Source of the DNA: a virus
Lineage: Duplodnaviria > Caudoviricetes
DNA length: 40,232 nt
Virus record (IMG/VR): IMGVR_UViG_3300049034_000032
Location: 1-40,232 of that record
Reading direction: 5' to 3' (one strand)
Part shown: positions 1 to 8,029 of the stretch, in pieces
Layout: the number at the start of each line of letters is the position of its first letter
How positions within the stretch are numbered: position 1 is the stretch's first letter
Notes under the pieces: generated by a model
What the model saw: only the letters and a program-made list of their open reading frames with translations
The model's database searches: none
Told to the model about the DNA's origin: nothing
Program-made: the position numbers and the translations under genes

Positions 1-50
1 GATTTGAACCGAGCCGGTCCGCTAGGCTGCGCTCGCGGGGCATAGGCAAC

Positions 51-2591
51 ATGGCCCTGCTGAACTACGACGACGTCGAGCGGCAACTGCACGCCGCCGG
101 TCTCATCATCAAGGACGCCCTGCAGGTCGGCACCGTCAAGCCGGTGCGCTGCCGCGTCGAGGGCGGCGACAAAGAGCGACGCGGCTGGTATCGCCTCTAC
201 GAGATGCCACTCGACTCCGGCGACAGCCTGCTCGTCGGCTCGTACGGCGTCTGGCAGGGCAACGACAACGGCGCGACCAAGATAGAGCTGCCCAAGCTCG
301 GCCGCGAGCGCATGACCGTCGCTCAGGCCGAGGCGCTGAAGGCCCGCATGTTGGCCGACCGCAAGGCCGCTGCCGCCGAGCTGGCGCAGCAGCACGAGCG
401 CGCCGCCGTGCGCGCCGCGCGCGGCTGGGCCCAGTGCAGCCGCGAGGCCGGCGAGAACGCCTACCTCACGCGCAAAGGCCTGCCACCTGGCCGGCTCTAC
501 GGCGCACGCATCACGAAGCAGGGCAACCTCGTCATCCCCATCGGGGACGCCCGCGGCAAGGTCTGGGGCCTGCAGGTCATCTACAGCGACCCCGCGGTCA
601 AGGCCAAGAAGGGGCGCGACAAGGACTACTGGCCCACCGGCCTGGCCAAGCAAGCGCACTTCCACCTCATCGGCCTCGTCGGCCGCGGCAGCATCGTGCT
701 GCTGTGCGAGGGCTTCGCCACCGGCGCCACGCTCCACGAGGCCACGGGCCTGCCCGTCGCCATCGCCTTCGACGCCGGCAACCTGCTGCCCGTTGCCAAG
801 GCCCTGGCCGCCGCGCACAAGGGCATCCGCATCCTCGTCTGCGCCGACGACGACTGGCTCCAGAAGTGCCGCGCCTGTGGTCATCTCACGCCCGTCGACG
901 ACGGCCCGGCCTGCGCCCACTGCGGCGAAGACCACGGCACGCAGAATCCCGGTGTCACCGCCGCCGCGGCCGCCGCCATGGCCGTCGGGGGCGCCTGGGT
1001 CCGGCCCGAGTTCCCCGCGCAACGCCCCGCCGACAAGAAGGGCGACACCGACTTCAACGACCTGCACGTCCACCCCCAAGGCGGTCTCCGCCTGGTGTCC
1101 GAGCAGATCAGCGCCGCCCTCGCGGAACAAGGGTGGCGCGTTGCCCCCACCCGGGCGGCGCCGCCGCCCGCACAGCAGGGGGAAGGGGAGGGCGGTGGCC
1201 GCCGCCAGGCCGTGGCCGTCATGGACCTCGACAGCCTCGTCGAGCGCTTCGTCTCCATCGACGACGGCACTGGCGAATTCGTCTTCGACACCTGGACCAA
1301 CAAGCTCGCCCGCTTCAGCCAGCTCGTGCGCCTGCTGCCGCAGAAGACCCGCGTCGACGACCTGAAGGCCCACCCCGTGTGGAACGGCCGCGCCTACTAC
1401 ATGGACCAGGTCGGATTCGACCCCTCCGGCCGCGACGCCAACGTCAAGCTCAACACCTGGCAGGGCTGGCCCATCCAGCCCGCGCCGGCCGAGAGCGCCG
1501 AGGCCGGCTGCAAGCGGCTGCTGGGCGTGCTGCGCTACCTTTGCGGCGAGGACAACGGCGAGGAGGTCTACTGGTGGCTGCTGCGCTGGCTGGCCTACCC
1601 ACTGCAGAACCCCGGCGCCAAGATGGCCAGCGCCATCATCATGCACGGCCCCCAGGGCACCGGCAAAAGCACCTTCTTCCAGAGCTACGCCAAGATCTTC
1701 GGCGACTACGCCACCGTGCTGAACCAGCGCGGCCTCGAGGACAAGTTCAACAGCGACTGGACCGACAGCAAGCTGTTCCTGCTGGCCGAGGAAGTCGTCA
1801 CCCGCCAGGAGATGTGGCACATCAAGAACGAGCTGAAGGAGCTCGTCACGGGCGAATGGGTGCGGGTCAACACCAAGCAGGTGGCCGCCTACCGCCAGCG
1901 CAACCAGATCAACCTCGTCTTCCTGTCCAACGAGGGCATGCCGCTCCCCCTCGACAACGACGACCGCCGCCACCTCGTGGTGTGGACCCCGCCCCAGCGC
2001 GAGCCCGCCTTTTACGACGCCGTCAACGCCGAGATCGACGCCGGCGGCATCGCCTGCCTCTACCGCTACCTGCTCGAGCTGCCCCTCGAAGACTTCCACC
2101 CCAAGAAACGCCCCCCCAACACCCAGGCCAAGGCCGAGCTCATCCAGGTCAGCAAGACGAGCGAACTCCGCTTCGTCGACGAATGGCTCGGCCGTGAACT
2201 GCCCCTCCCGCTCAGCCCCTGCGTCGCGCTGGACCTGTACGGTGCCTACCTCACCTGGTGCCGCCGCAATGGCGAGAAGTTCCCGCGAGCCAGCAACCAG
2301 TTCCTCAACCTCGTCGGCCGCCTCGTCGGCTGGGAGAAGTCCAGGAAGCGCATCCGCTTCACCGTCAACGACGTCCAGATGGAGCAGCAGATCAGCGTCG
2401 TCATCCCGGCGCCTGATGCCCTCGAACGCAGCAACGCCGCCCGGCCGGCCACGGAAACCGAGCCGCCCTGGCTCGGCCGCTGGTGCAAGAAGTTCAGCGA
2501 CGCCGCCGACGAGTACGCCAAGGAAGAGACCTGGCAAGCCCGCAAGTCGGCCCGCCCGGTCGACTTTCCGAGCGAAACGGAGCCCGCATGA
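51..2591 (+). CDS. DNA primase-helicase (TOPRIM domain plus C-terminal P-loop NTPase, P4-alpha/D5-like)
   Basis: TOPRIM motifs CEGFATG and ADDD, DFND motif, Walker A GPQGTGKS, Walker B-like FLLAEE; followed by an iteron array. Confidence 0.9.
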   Translation: MALLNYDDVERQLHAAGLIIKDALQVGTVKPVRCRVEGGDKERRGWYRLYEMPLDSGDSLLVGSYGVWQGNDNGATKIELPKLGRERMTVAQAEALKARMLADRKAAAAELAQQHERAAVRAARGWAQCSREAGENAYLTRKGLPPGRLYGARITKQGNLVIPIGDARGKVWGLQVIYSDPAVKAKKGRDKDYWPTGLAKQAHFHLIGLVGRGSIVLLCEGFATGATLHEATGLPVAIAFDAGNLLPVAKALAAAHKGIRILVCADDDWLQKCRACGHLTPVDDGPACAHCGEDHGTQNPGVTAAAAAAMAVGGAWVRPEFPAQRPADKKGDTDFNDLHVHPQGGLRLVSEQISAALAEQGWRVAPTRAAPPPAQQGEGEGGGRRQAVAVMDLDSLVERFVSIDDGTGEFVFDTWTNKLARFSQLVRLLPQKTRVDDLKAHPVWNGRAYYMDQVGFDPSGRDANVKLNTWQGWPIQPAPAESAEAGCKRLLGVLRYLCGEDNGEEVYWWLLRWLAYPLQNPGAKMASAIIMHGPQGTGKSTFFQSYAKIFGDYATVLNQRGLEDKFNSDWTDSKLFLLAEEVVTRQEMWHIKNELKELVTGEWVRVNTKQVAAYRQRNQINLVFLSNEGMPLPLDNDDRRHLVVWTPPQREPAFYDAVNAEIDAGGIACLYRYLLELPLEDFHPKKRPPNTQAKAELIQVSKTSELRFVDEWLGRELPLPLSPCVALDLYGAYLTWCRRNGEKFPRASNQFLNLVGRLVGWEKSRKRIRFTVNDVQMEQQISVVIPAPDALERSNAARPATETEPPWLGRWCKKFSDAADEYAKEETWQARKSARPVDFPSETEPA

Positions 2592-2617
2592 CCGCTCCGC
2601 ACCGCATTCTCGACCGT

Positions 2618-2897
2618 TGTTCCGGGCTTGTGACGGGTCTGTGCTGGGCACCCATCACAACGCAAGTCGTTGATTTCAAACGTTCTGTGATGGGTGTGAT
2701 GGGTGTGACGGGCTTTCCCCGTGCTCGTATGGGCGTGTGCGCATGTGCACCCGTGCGCCTGCACGCCCGTGTGCGATCACGCGGGCGCGCCCACCCCGTC
2801 ACACCCATCACACCCATCACAAAATGAGTAAAAACAAGGACTTAGTTTGTGATGGGTACCCGTCACAACCCCCCGAAGCCCGTCACAGCCCGGAACA
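2618..2897. repeat. Putative replication origin: ~280-bp imperfect palindrome with 12 copies of the 9-mer TGTGAYGGG
   Basis: Forward copies at 2629, 2640 (variant), 2686, 2695, 2704, 2848. Reverse copies at 2651, 2795, 2804, 2813, 2859, 2879. Outer IR TGTTCCGGGC/GCCCGGAACA. IHF-like sites at 2663-2675 and 2832-2844. Confidence 0.8.
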
Positions 2898-3558
2898 GGC
2901 CGGTTCTGAGGCCGTCGAGAACCTCGCCAGCTTCGCCCGCCGCCTCGGCGTCAACCGCAGCACCGTCACCCGTGCCGCCCAGTCCGGCCGCCTGGTGCTG
3001 TCGGCCGACGGCCGCGTCATGGTGCAAGCCAGCCTCGCCCGCTGGCACGCCACGCGAGGCGGCCGGGTTGACGTGGCCGAGCGCCACGCCGACGCCCGTG
3101 GTCACGCTGTTGCAGGCGTTGCGCCGGCCGCAACAGCCCCGGCGAGCGCGCAAATCGGCCCTCAGGGCGCCGATCAGGCTGGCGGCGATGGGCTGGCCCC
3201 ACCCGAAGGCTCGCGTGCCTTCTACGAGGCGCAAAAGCTCGACTGGCAAAACCGCCTGCTGCTGGTGAGCCTCGACCTGCAAAGCGGCGCCCGCGCCCCC
3301 CGCCCGGCGTTGCAGCGCGAGGCCCACGGCCTGGGCGCCACCCTGCGCGCCACCGTCGAGCGCCTCATCGACCAGACCGCACCCCGCCTCGCCGCAGCCC
3401 CCAGCGACGCCGACCGCCGCCGCCTGCTGGCGGGCGAGCTGGGTACCGCCCGCCGCATGGTGCGCCGCGAATTCGCCGCGGCGCTGCGCCGCCTGCGCCC
3501 CGAGCAGCTCGGCACCGCCGGGCTGAAGCTGGACACCACCGAGGAGCCCGCCGCATGA
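2824..3558 (+). CDS. Terminase small subunit (Nu1-like); start codon uncertain
   Basis: HTH-like N-terminal region ASFARRLGVNRSTVTRAAQSGRL, helical C-terminal domain (LRATVERLIDQTAPRLAA), located upstream of TerL. Confidence 0.7.
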   Translation: MSKNKDLVCDGYPSQPPEARHSPEQAGSEAVENLASFARRLGVNRSTVTRAAQSGRLVLSADGRVMVQASLARWHATRGGRVDVAERHADARGHAVAGVAPAATAPASAQIGPQGADQAGGDGLAPPEGSRAFYEAQKLDWQNRLLLVSLDLQSGARAPRPALQREAHGLGATLRATVERLIDQTAPRLAAAPSDADRRRLLAGELGTARRMVRREFAAALRRLRPEQLGTAGLKLDTTEEPAA

Positions 3559-4319
3559 AGCTCACCATCACCGGCCTCGACCAAGCCCAGCGCAAGCTGG
3601 CCAGCCTTGACAGGCACGCCCGCTACGCCGCCAGCCTCACCCTCAACACCCTGGCGCGCTACCCCGTGCAAGACGCTGTGCGCCACGAGATGCGCGACAG
3701 CCTCGACCGGCCCACGCCCTTCACCCTCAACAGCCTGGCCGTCACCAAGCGCGCCACCGCCAGCGACCTCGCCGCCGTCGTCGACTTCAAGCAGGTGGCC
3801 GGCGGCGGACGCCCGGCCAGCGACTACCTGCGCTGGCAGGTCAGCGGCGGCGAGCGCCGGCTCAAGGCCTTCGAGGTCGCGCTGCGCAGCGTGGGCGTGC
3901 TGCCCGGCGGCTACTTCATCACCCCCGGCCAGGGCGCCAAGATGGACGCCTACGGCAACGTCAGCCGCGGCCAGATCGTGGCCGTGCTCAGCTACTTCCG
4001 TGCGTTCCAGGAACAGGGCAGGGGCTACAAGCTCAACAGCACCGCCGCCACCCGCGCCCGCAAGGCCCGCGGCACGCGCAGCCAGCTGGGCTACCGCTAC
4101 TTCGTCGGCCGGCCTGGCGGCCGTGGCCAGCTCGGCATCTACCAGGACGTGCGCATCACCACCGGCGTGCGCGAGCTGCTGCCCGTCTTCATCTTCGTGC
4201 AATGGGCCCGCTACGAGCCCCGGCTCGACATCGAGGCCGCCTCACAGCAGGCCATCCGCCGCGAGGCGGCCCCCGTCTTCCAGGCTGCGCTGGCGCAGGC
4301 GCTGCGCACGGCGCGTTGA
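3555..4319 (+). CDS. Phage neck/tail-completion protein (lambda gpZ-like)
   Basis: ATGA-coupled start; basic protein with AASLTLN...DRPTPFTLNS pattern resembling gpZ-like proteins; no gpZ gene in the tail cluster. Confidence 0.55.
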   Translation: MKLTITGLDQAQRKLASLDRHARYAASLTLNTLARYPVQDAVRHEMRDSLDRPTPFTLNSLAVTKRATASDLAAVVDFKQVAGGGRPASDYLRWQVSGGERRLKAFEVALRSVGVLPGGYFITPGQGAKMDAYGNVSRGQIVAVLSYFRAFQEQGRGYKLNSTAATRARKARGTRSQLGYRYFVGRPGGRGQLGIYQDVRITTGVRELLPVFIFVQWARYEPRLDIEAASQQAIRREAAPVFQAALAQALRTAR

Positions 4320-4333
4320 ATAGGAGAACCGAC

Positions 4334-4555
4334 ATGGTGAAGCGTCCGTACCCTCCCCACATTCACGCCGGCGACGATGGCCGGCGCCCGCGGGATGTCT
4401 ACCTCGACGGCAAGCTGCTCCAGCGTGTCTGCTATGCCGACACCCGCCGGGGCATCGTGAGAGTCGCCGACTACCCGTACAAGGTGCACAAACACGGAAA
4501 ACGGTTCATCACGCGCACCCTGCGCGGTGTCGTCGAAGTCCGCTTCAGGAGCTGA
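4334..4555 (+). CDS. Hypothetical protein (73 aa)
   Basis: AGGAG RBS upstream of ATG 4334; fills the gap between genes. Confidence 0.7.
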   Translation: MVKRPYPPHIHAGDDGRRPRDVYLDGKLLQRVCYADTRRGIVRVADYPYKVHKHGKRFITRTLRGVVEVRFRS

Positions 4556-4560
4556 CGAGC

Positions 4561-4713
4561 ATGGCCTGCCCCAAGTGCTCATGCCTCGTGGTCTACGAGT
4601 TCGATACCGCGGGTGACGACTGCGACCAGGGCGACGACCGCCTGCAGCGCTGCGCCGCCTGCGGACACATCTTCGACCTCGACGACCACGCTGACGAGGA
4701 CGACGACGAATGA
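4561..4713 (+). CDS. Small acidic zinc-ribbon protein (50 aa, not in the ORF track)
   Basis: MACPKCSC...RCAACGHIFDLDDHADEDDDE; two CxxC pairs; stop overlaps the TerL start (ATGA). Confidence 0.7.
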   Translation: MACPKCSCLVVYEFDTAGDDCDQGDDRLQRCAACGHIFDLDDHADEDDDE

Positions 4714-6896
4714 GCGTCGCCACCCTCGCCGACCTCAAAGCCCAACGCGAGCGCCTGCAAGCGCAGCGCGCGGAGCAGACCTGCCGCCAGGCCGAGGCCC
4801 AGGTCGTGCAGCGGCGCGACGTCGTGCGCGCCGGCCTGGCCGTGCGCGAGGCGGCCGACGCCGCGCTGCAGCTGCTGCTCGAGCGCTGGCTGCTCGACGT
4901 GGCCGGCCTCACCGACGAGACCGAGGTGCACCACGCCATGAGCGCCGCCGCGCACGAGGTGCTCGTCGGGCTGGGCCGCGGCATGGCCGCCACCAGCGCC
5001 GCCCAGCCCGCCCTCGGCGAGTCATTTCAACGCGGCGCCACGCCCCGCCAGCTGCTCACCGTCAGCCAGTGGAGCGAGCTGCACCGCTGGCTGCGCAGCG
5101 GCACCAACAGCCCCGGCCCCTGGCGCAACGAGCTAACTCCCTACCTGACCGAAATCATGGACGCGCTCAGCGAGCACTGCAGCGTCCGCCAGGTCACGTT
5201 CATCAAGTCGAGCGGCGTGGGCGGTACCGAGGCTATGTACAACTGGCTCGGCTACGTGATGCACCACCTGGGCAACAAGGACCTGCTGGTGGTGGTGCCA
5301 ACCCTCGAACTGCGCGACCGCAGCTTCAACCCGCGCTTCTCCAAGATGCTCGAGGAAACGCCGGCCCTCAGCGCGCTCACGCCCACCGGCAAGCGCGACC
5401 GCGCCAACCGCGGGGACCTCCTCGAATACGGCGCCCGCGCCCGCGTCATCAAGGCCGGCGCCAACAGCCCCGACAGCCTGCGCTCGGATCACCTGCCCTA
5501 CGTCATCTGCGACGAGGTCGACGCCTTCCCGTGGGACGTCGGCAGCGAGGGCGACCCCATGACGCTGATCGAAAACCGCCAGCGCACCTACAGCCGCGCC
5601 AAGACCTACTGCGTCAGCACGCCCACCCTCGAAGGCCAAAGCCGCATCGACCTGCTCTACAGCCGCAGCGACCAGCGCCGCTACCACGTGCCGTGCCCCG
5701 ACTGCGGTGAGCACCAGCCCCTCGAATTCGGCACCGGCAAGCCCCACGGCCTTCGCTGGCGCACCGCGCCCGAGGAGCCCGGCGAGCCCGTCACCGTGCT
5801 GGCCGCGTGGTACGTCTGCCAGCACTGCGGCGCCGAGATCCAGGAAAAGCACAAGCCCGACATGCTCGCCGCCGGCCGCTGGGTGGCCAAGCGCCCCGGC
5901 CGCAAGCACCACCGCGGCTACCACCTCAACGCCCTGTACGCACCCACCGGCCTCGGCCTCAACTGGCTCAAGATCGCGCAGAAGTGGCTCGACGTGCAGG
6001 GCGACACCGCCGAGCTCAAGGCCTTCGTCAACACCTACCTCGGCGAGGTGTGGAAGGAAGTTGGCGACAGCATCGAGGCCTCCGCGCTGCTCTCCCGCCT
6101 CGAGCACTACGACCTCGCCGCGCTGCCCGTCCACCTCATCACCTTTGGCGGCGACGTCCAGAAGGACCGCATCGAAGTCACCATCGTCGGCTGGGGTGCT
6201 GGCGAGGAAGCCTGGGCCATCGACCACCTCATCCTGCCCGGCGACACCACGCAGCCCGAGGTGTGGCAAGACCTGCACGAAGCCCTTATCGAAGCCGGCG
6301 TGCACATCGGCTGCATCGACGCCCGCTACAACACCAGCGTCGTGCTCGACTTCTGCGAAAAGCGCGCATGGTGCGTGCCCATCATGGGCATGGACGGGGC
6401 AGGGCGCCCGCTGGTGGAAGACGAACTGCGCCGCAAGCAGCGCCTGCGCAAGCGCCGCAAACGCGGCCGCGCGGCCGAGCCCATCGGTGTGGACCAGGCC
6501 AAGACCCTCATCTACGGCCGCCTGCAGCTCACCGAGCCCGGCCCCGGCTACATCCACTTCCCCAACACCCCGGCCTTCGACGACGAGTACTTCGCGCAGC
6601 TGGCCGCCGAGCGCCTCGTCACCAAGGTACGCGGCACGCGGCCGTTCAAAGAGTGGGTGCAGCTGCGCCCCCGCAACGAGGCGCTCGACTGCATGAACTA
6701 CAACCTCGCCGCCGTGCGCCTGGCCCCCATGCTCATCGGCCGTGCCGTCTCCCGCGCCGGCGTGCTTGGCACTGCCGCCGCCGCGGCGCCGCAGGCCGCC
6801 CCCGAGCCCCAAGAGCCCGTCGCAGCGCCGACGGCCGAATCCCCCGCCGCCACGCTCATGCGCATCCAGCGCATGCGCTCGGCCCGCCGCCGCTGA
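4710..6896 (+). CDS. Terminase large subunit (lambda GpA family) with N-terminal helical extension
   Basis: PGPWRNELTPYL, Walker A-like KSSGVGGTE, Walker B YVICDEVD, STPT, CPDCG/CQHCG, nuclease motifs GDVQKDR and RNEALDC. Confidence 0.95.
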   Translation: MSVATLADLKAQRERLQAQRAEQTCRQAEAQVVQRRDVVRAGLAVREAADAALQLLLERWLLDVAGLTDETEVHHAMSAAAHEVLVGLGRGMAATSAAQPALGESFQRGATPRQLLTVSQWSELHRWLRSGTNSPGPWRNELTPYLTEIMDALSEHCSVRQVTFIKSSGVGGTEAMYNWLGYVMHHLGNKDLLVVVPTLELRDRSFNPRFSKMLEETPALSALTPTGKRDRANRGDLLEYGARARVIKAGANSPDSLRSDHLPYVICDEVDAFPWDVGSEGDPMTLIENRQRTYSRAKTYCVSTPTLEGQSRIDLLYSRSDQRRYHVPCPDCGEHQPLEFGTGKPHGLRWRTAPEEPGEPVTVLAAWYVCQHCGAEIQEKHKPDMLAAGRWVAKRPGRKHHRGYHLNALYAPTGLGLNWLKIAQKWLDVQGDTAELKAFVNTYLGEVWKEVGDSIEASALLSRLEHYDLAALPVHLITFGGDVQKDRIEVTIVGWGAGEEAWAIDHLILPGDTTQPEVWQDLHEALIEAGVHIGCIDARYNTSVVLDFCEKRAWCVPIMGMDGAGRPLVEDELRRKQRLRKRRKRGRAAEPIGVDQAKTLIYGRLQLTEPGPGYIHFPNTPAFDDEYFAQLAAERLVTKVRGTRPFKEWVQLRPRNEALDCMNYNLAAVRLAPMLIGRAVSRAGVLGTAAAAAPQAAPEPQEPVAAPTAESPAATLMRIQRMRSARRR

Positions 6897-6904
6897 GGTC
6901 TGCC

Positions 6905-7210
6905 ATGGATGCCCTCGCCATCTTCCTGCGCCTGGTCCGCGAAGCCATTGAGGACAGCGGCGCTCCGCCTGACGCCTTCCATGCCGCGCTCGCCGAGGCC
7001 GAGCAGCGTGCCCGCGCCAGCCTCGGCGGCAGTTTCCACCACATCAGCCGCGTGCCGCCCATCACCACCAAAGCCCGCGTCATCGAGCTGGCGCAGGAGG
7101 GACTGCCCAACGCCGTCATTAGCGAGCGCCTGGGCATCAGCGACCGGTATGTGCGCCGGATCGTGAGCCAGCTGCGGACCGTCAACACCGTCGCTACCAT
7201 CCATACATGA
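6905..7210 (+). CDS. Mor/C-like late transcription activator
   Basis: Helical N-terminus, LGGSFHHIS strand motif, C-terminal HTH GLPNAVISERLGISDRYVRRIV. Confidence 0.7.
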   Translation: MDALAIFLRLVREAIEDSGAPPDAFHAALAEAEQRARASLGGSFHHISRVPPITTKARVIELAQEGLPNAVISERLGISDRYVRRIVSQLRTVNTVATIHT

Positions 7211-7422
7211 ACCACGACGCTGCCACTCAAGCGACCCATCAGCTTCTAGCGAGGCTCCGCCAGCAGCCGGCGGCAAGCGAACTGGCCGAGCTGCGCCATG
7301 CGGCGTTCGAGCAATTCCTGCACGCCAGGATTGCAGAGGCCGTCGGCAGGGCCTTCGACGCCGCCTCCCAATCAATGCTCACCGGCGGCGGCCGCAACTG
7401 CCGGAACAACACGCGCCCCTGA
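7207..7422 (+). CDS. Hypothetical protein (71 aa)
   Basis: ATGA-coupled to the Mor-like gene; 3' end overlaps the putative late promoter. Confidence 0.5.
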   Translation: MNHDAATQATHQLLARLRQQPAASELAELRHAAFEQFLHARIAEAVGRAFDAASQSMLTGGGRNCRNNTRP

Positions 7423-7452
7423 GTTCCGCCCCGCCCGGCATCGTGCCGGGCC
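7402..7452 (+). promoter_or_regulatory. Putative activator-dependent late promoter 1
   Basis: CGGAACAAC-N11-AGTTCCGCCCC-N20-ATG; identical spacing to the copy at 11088. Confidence 0.75.
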
Positions 7453-8010
7453 ATGAGCGACGACAGCCTGCCCAGCACCCACACAGCCGGCGACAGCGCC
7501 GCCTGGCGCCTCGACGCGGGCGACTGCCCGCCGGCTGACGGCTGGGCCGCCGAGCTGGTGCTCGTCGGCGCCACGCGCATAGAGATCGTCTGCACCGTCG
7601 ACGGCACCCAGTTCGCCGCCAACCAAACCAGCGCCAACACCGCCACTTGGCCACCCGGGCCCTACGCGCTCACCCTCGTCTGCACCAAGGGCACAGACCG
7701 CGTGTCCCGCGGCGCCGGCGCGCTGCGCGTGCTGGCCGACCCCGCGGCCGTCGGCACCACTGCCCGCAGCTCCATGACCGCGGCCGAGGCCCACCTCGCC
7801 GACCTCGAGGCCGCCTACCGCGCCCACATGGCCAGCGGCATGGCCGTCGTCGGCGAGTACCGCGTCGGCACGCGCATGAAGCGCTTCAAGGATGTGGCCG
7901 ACCTGCTCAAGGCGATCAACCTCGCCCGCGCCGACGTCGAACGCGAGAAGGCCGCCGCCGGCCTGGCCGACGGCCAGAGCGCGCGCAAGTGGTTCCAGGT
8001 CCGCATGTAA
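7453..8010 (+). CDS. Head-tail adaptor/head completion protein (gpW-like C-terminus)
   Basis: C-terminal EYRVGTRMKRFKDVADLLKAINLARADV pattern; position between TerL and portal. Confidence 0.7.
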   Translation: MSDDSLPSTHTAGDSAAWRLDAGDCPPADGWAAELVLVGATRIEIVCTVDGTQFAANQTSANTATWPPGPYALTLVCTKGTDRVSRGAGALRVLADPAAVGTTARSSMTAAEAHLADLEAAYRAHMASGMAVVGEYRVGTRMKRFKDVADLLKAINLARADVEREKAAAGLADGQSARKWFQVRM

Positions 8011-8029
8011 CCCTTCAGGAGAACACCCC

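Noticed and set aside
434-2197. Long alternative-frame and antisense ORFs (e.g. 434-2197, 5133-6812, 18626-20518, 30290-31723)
   Set aside because: Shadow ORFs of high-GC coding regions: Arg/Pro/Gly-rich or codon-mirror sequences with no recognisable motifs
2629-2887. CRISPR array
   Set aside because: The units are 9 bp, in both orientations, without unique spacers; no cas genes
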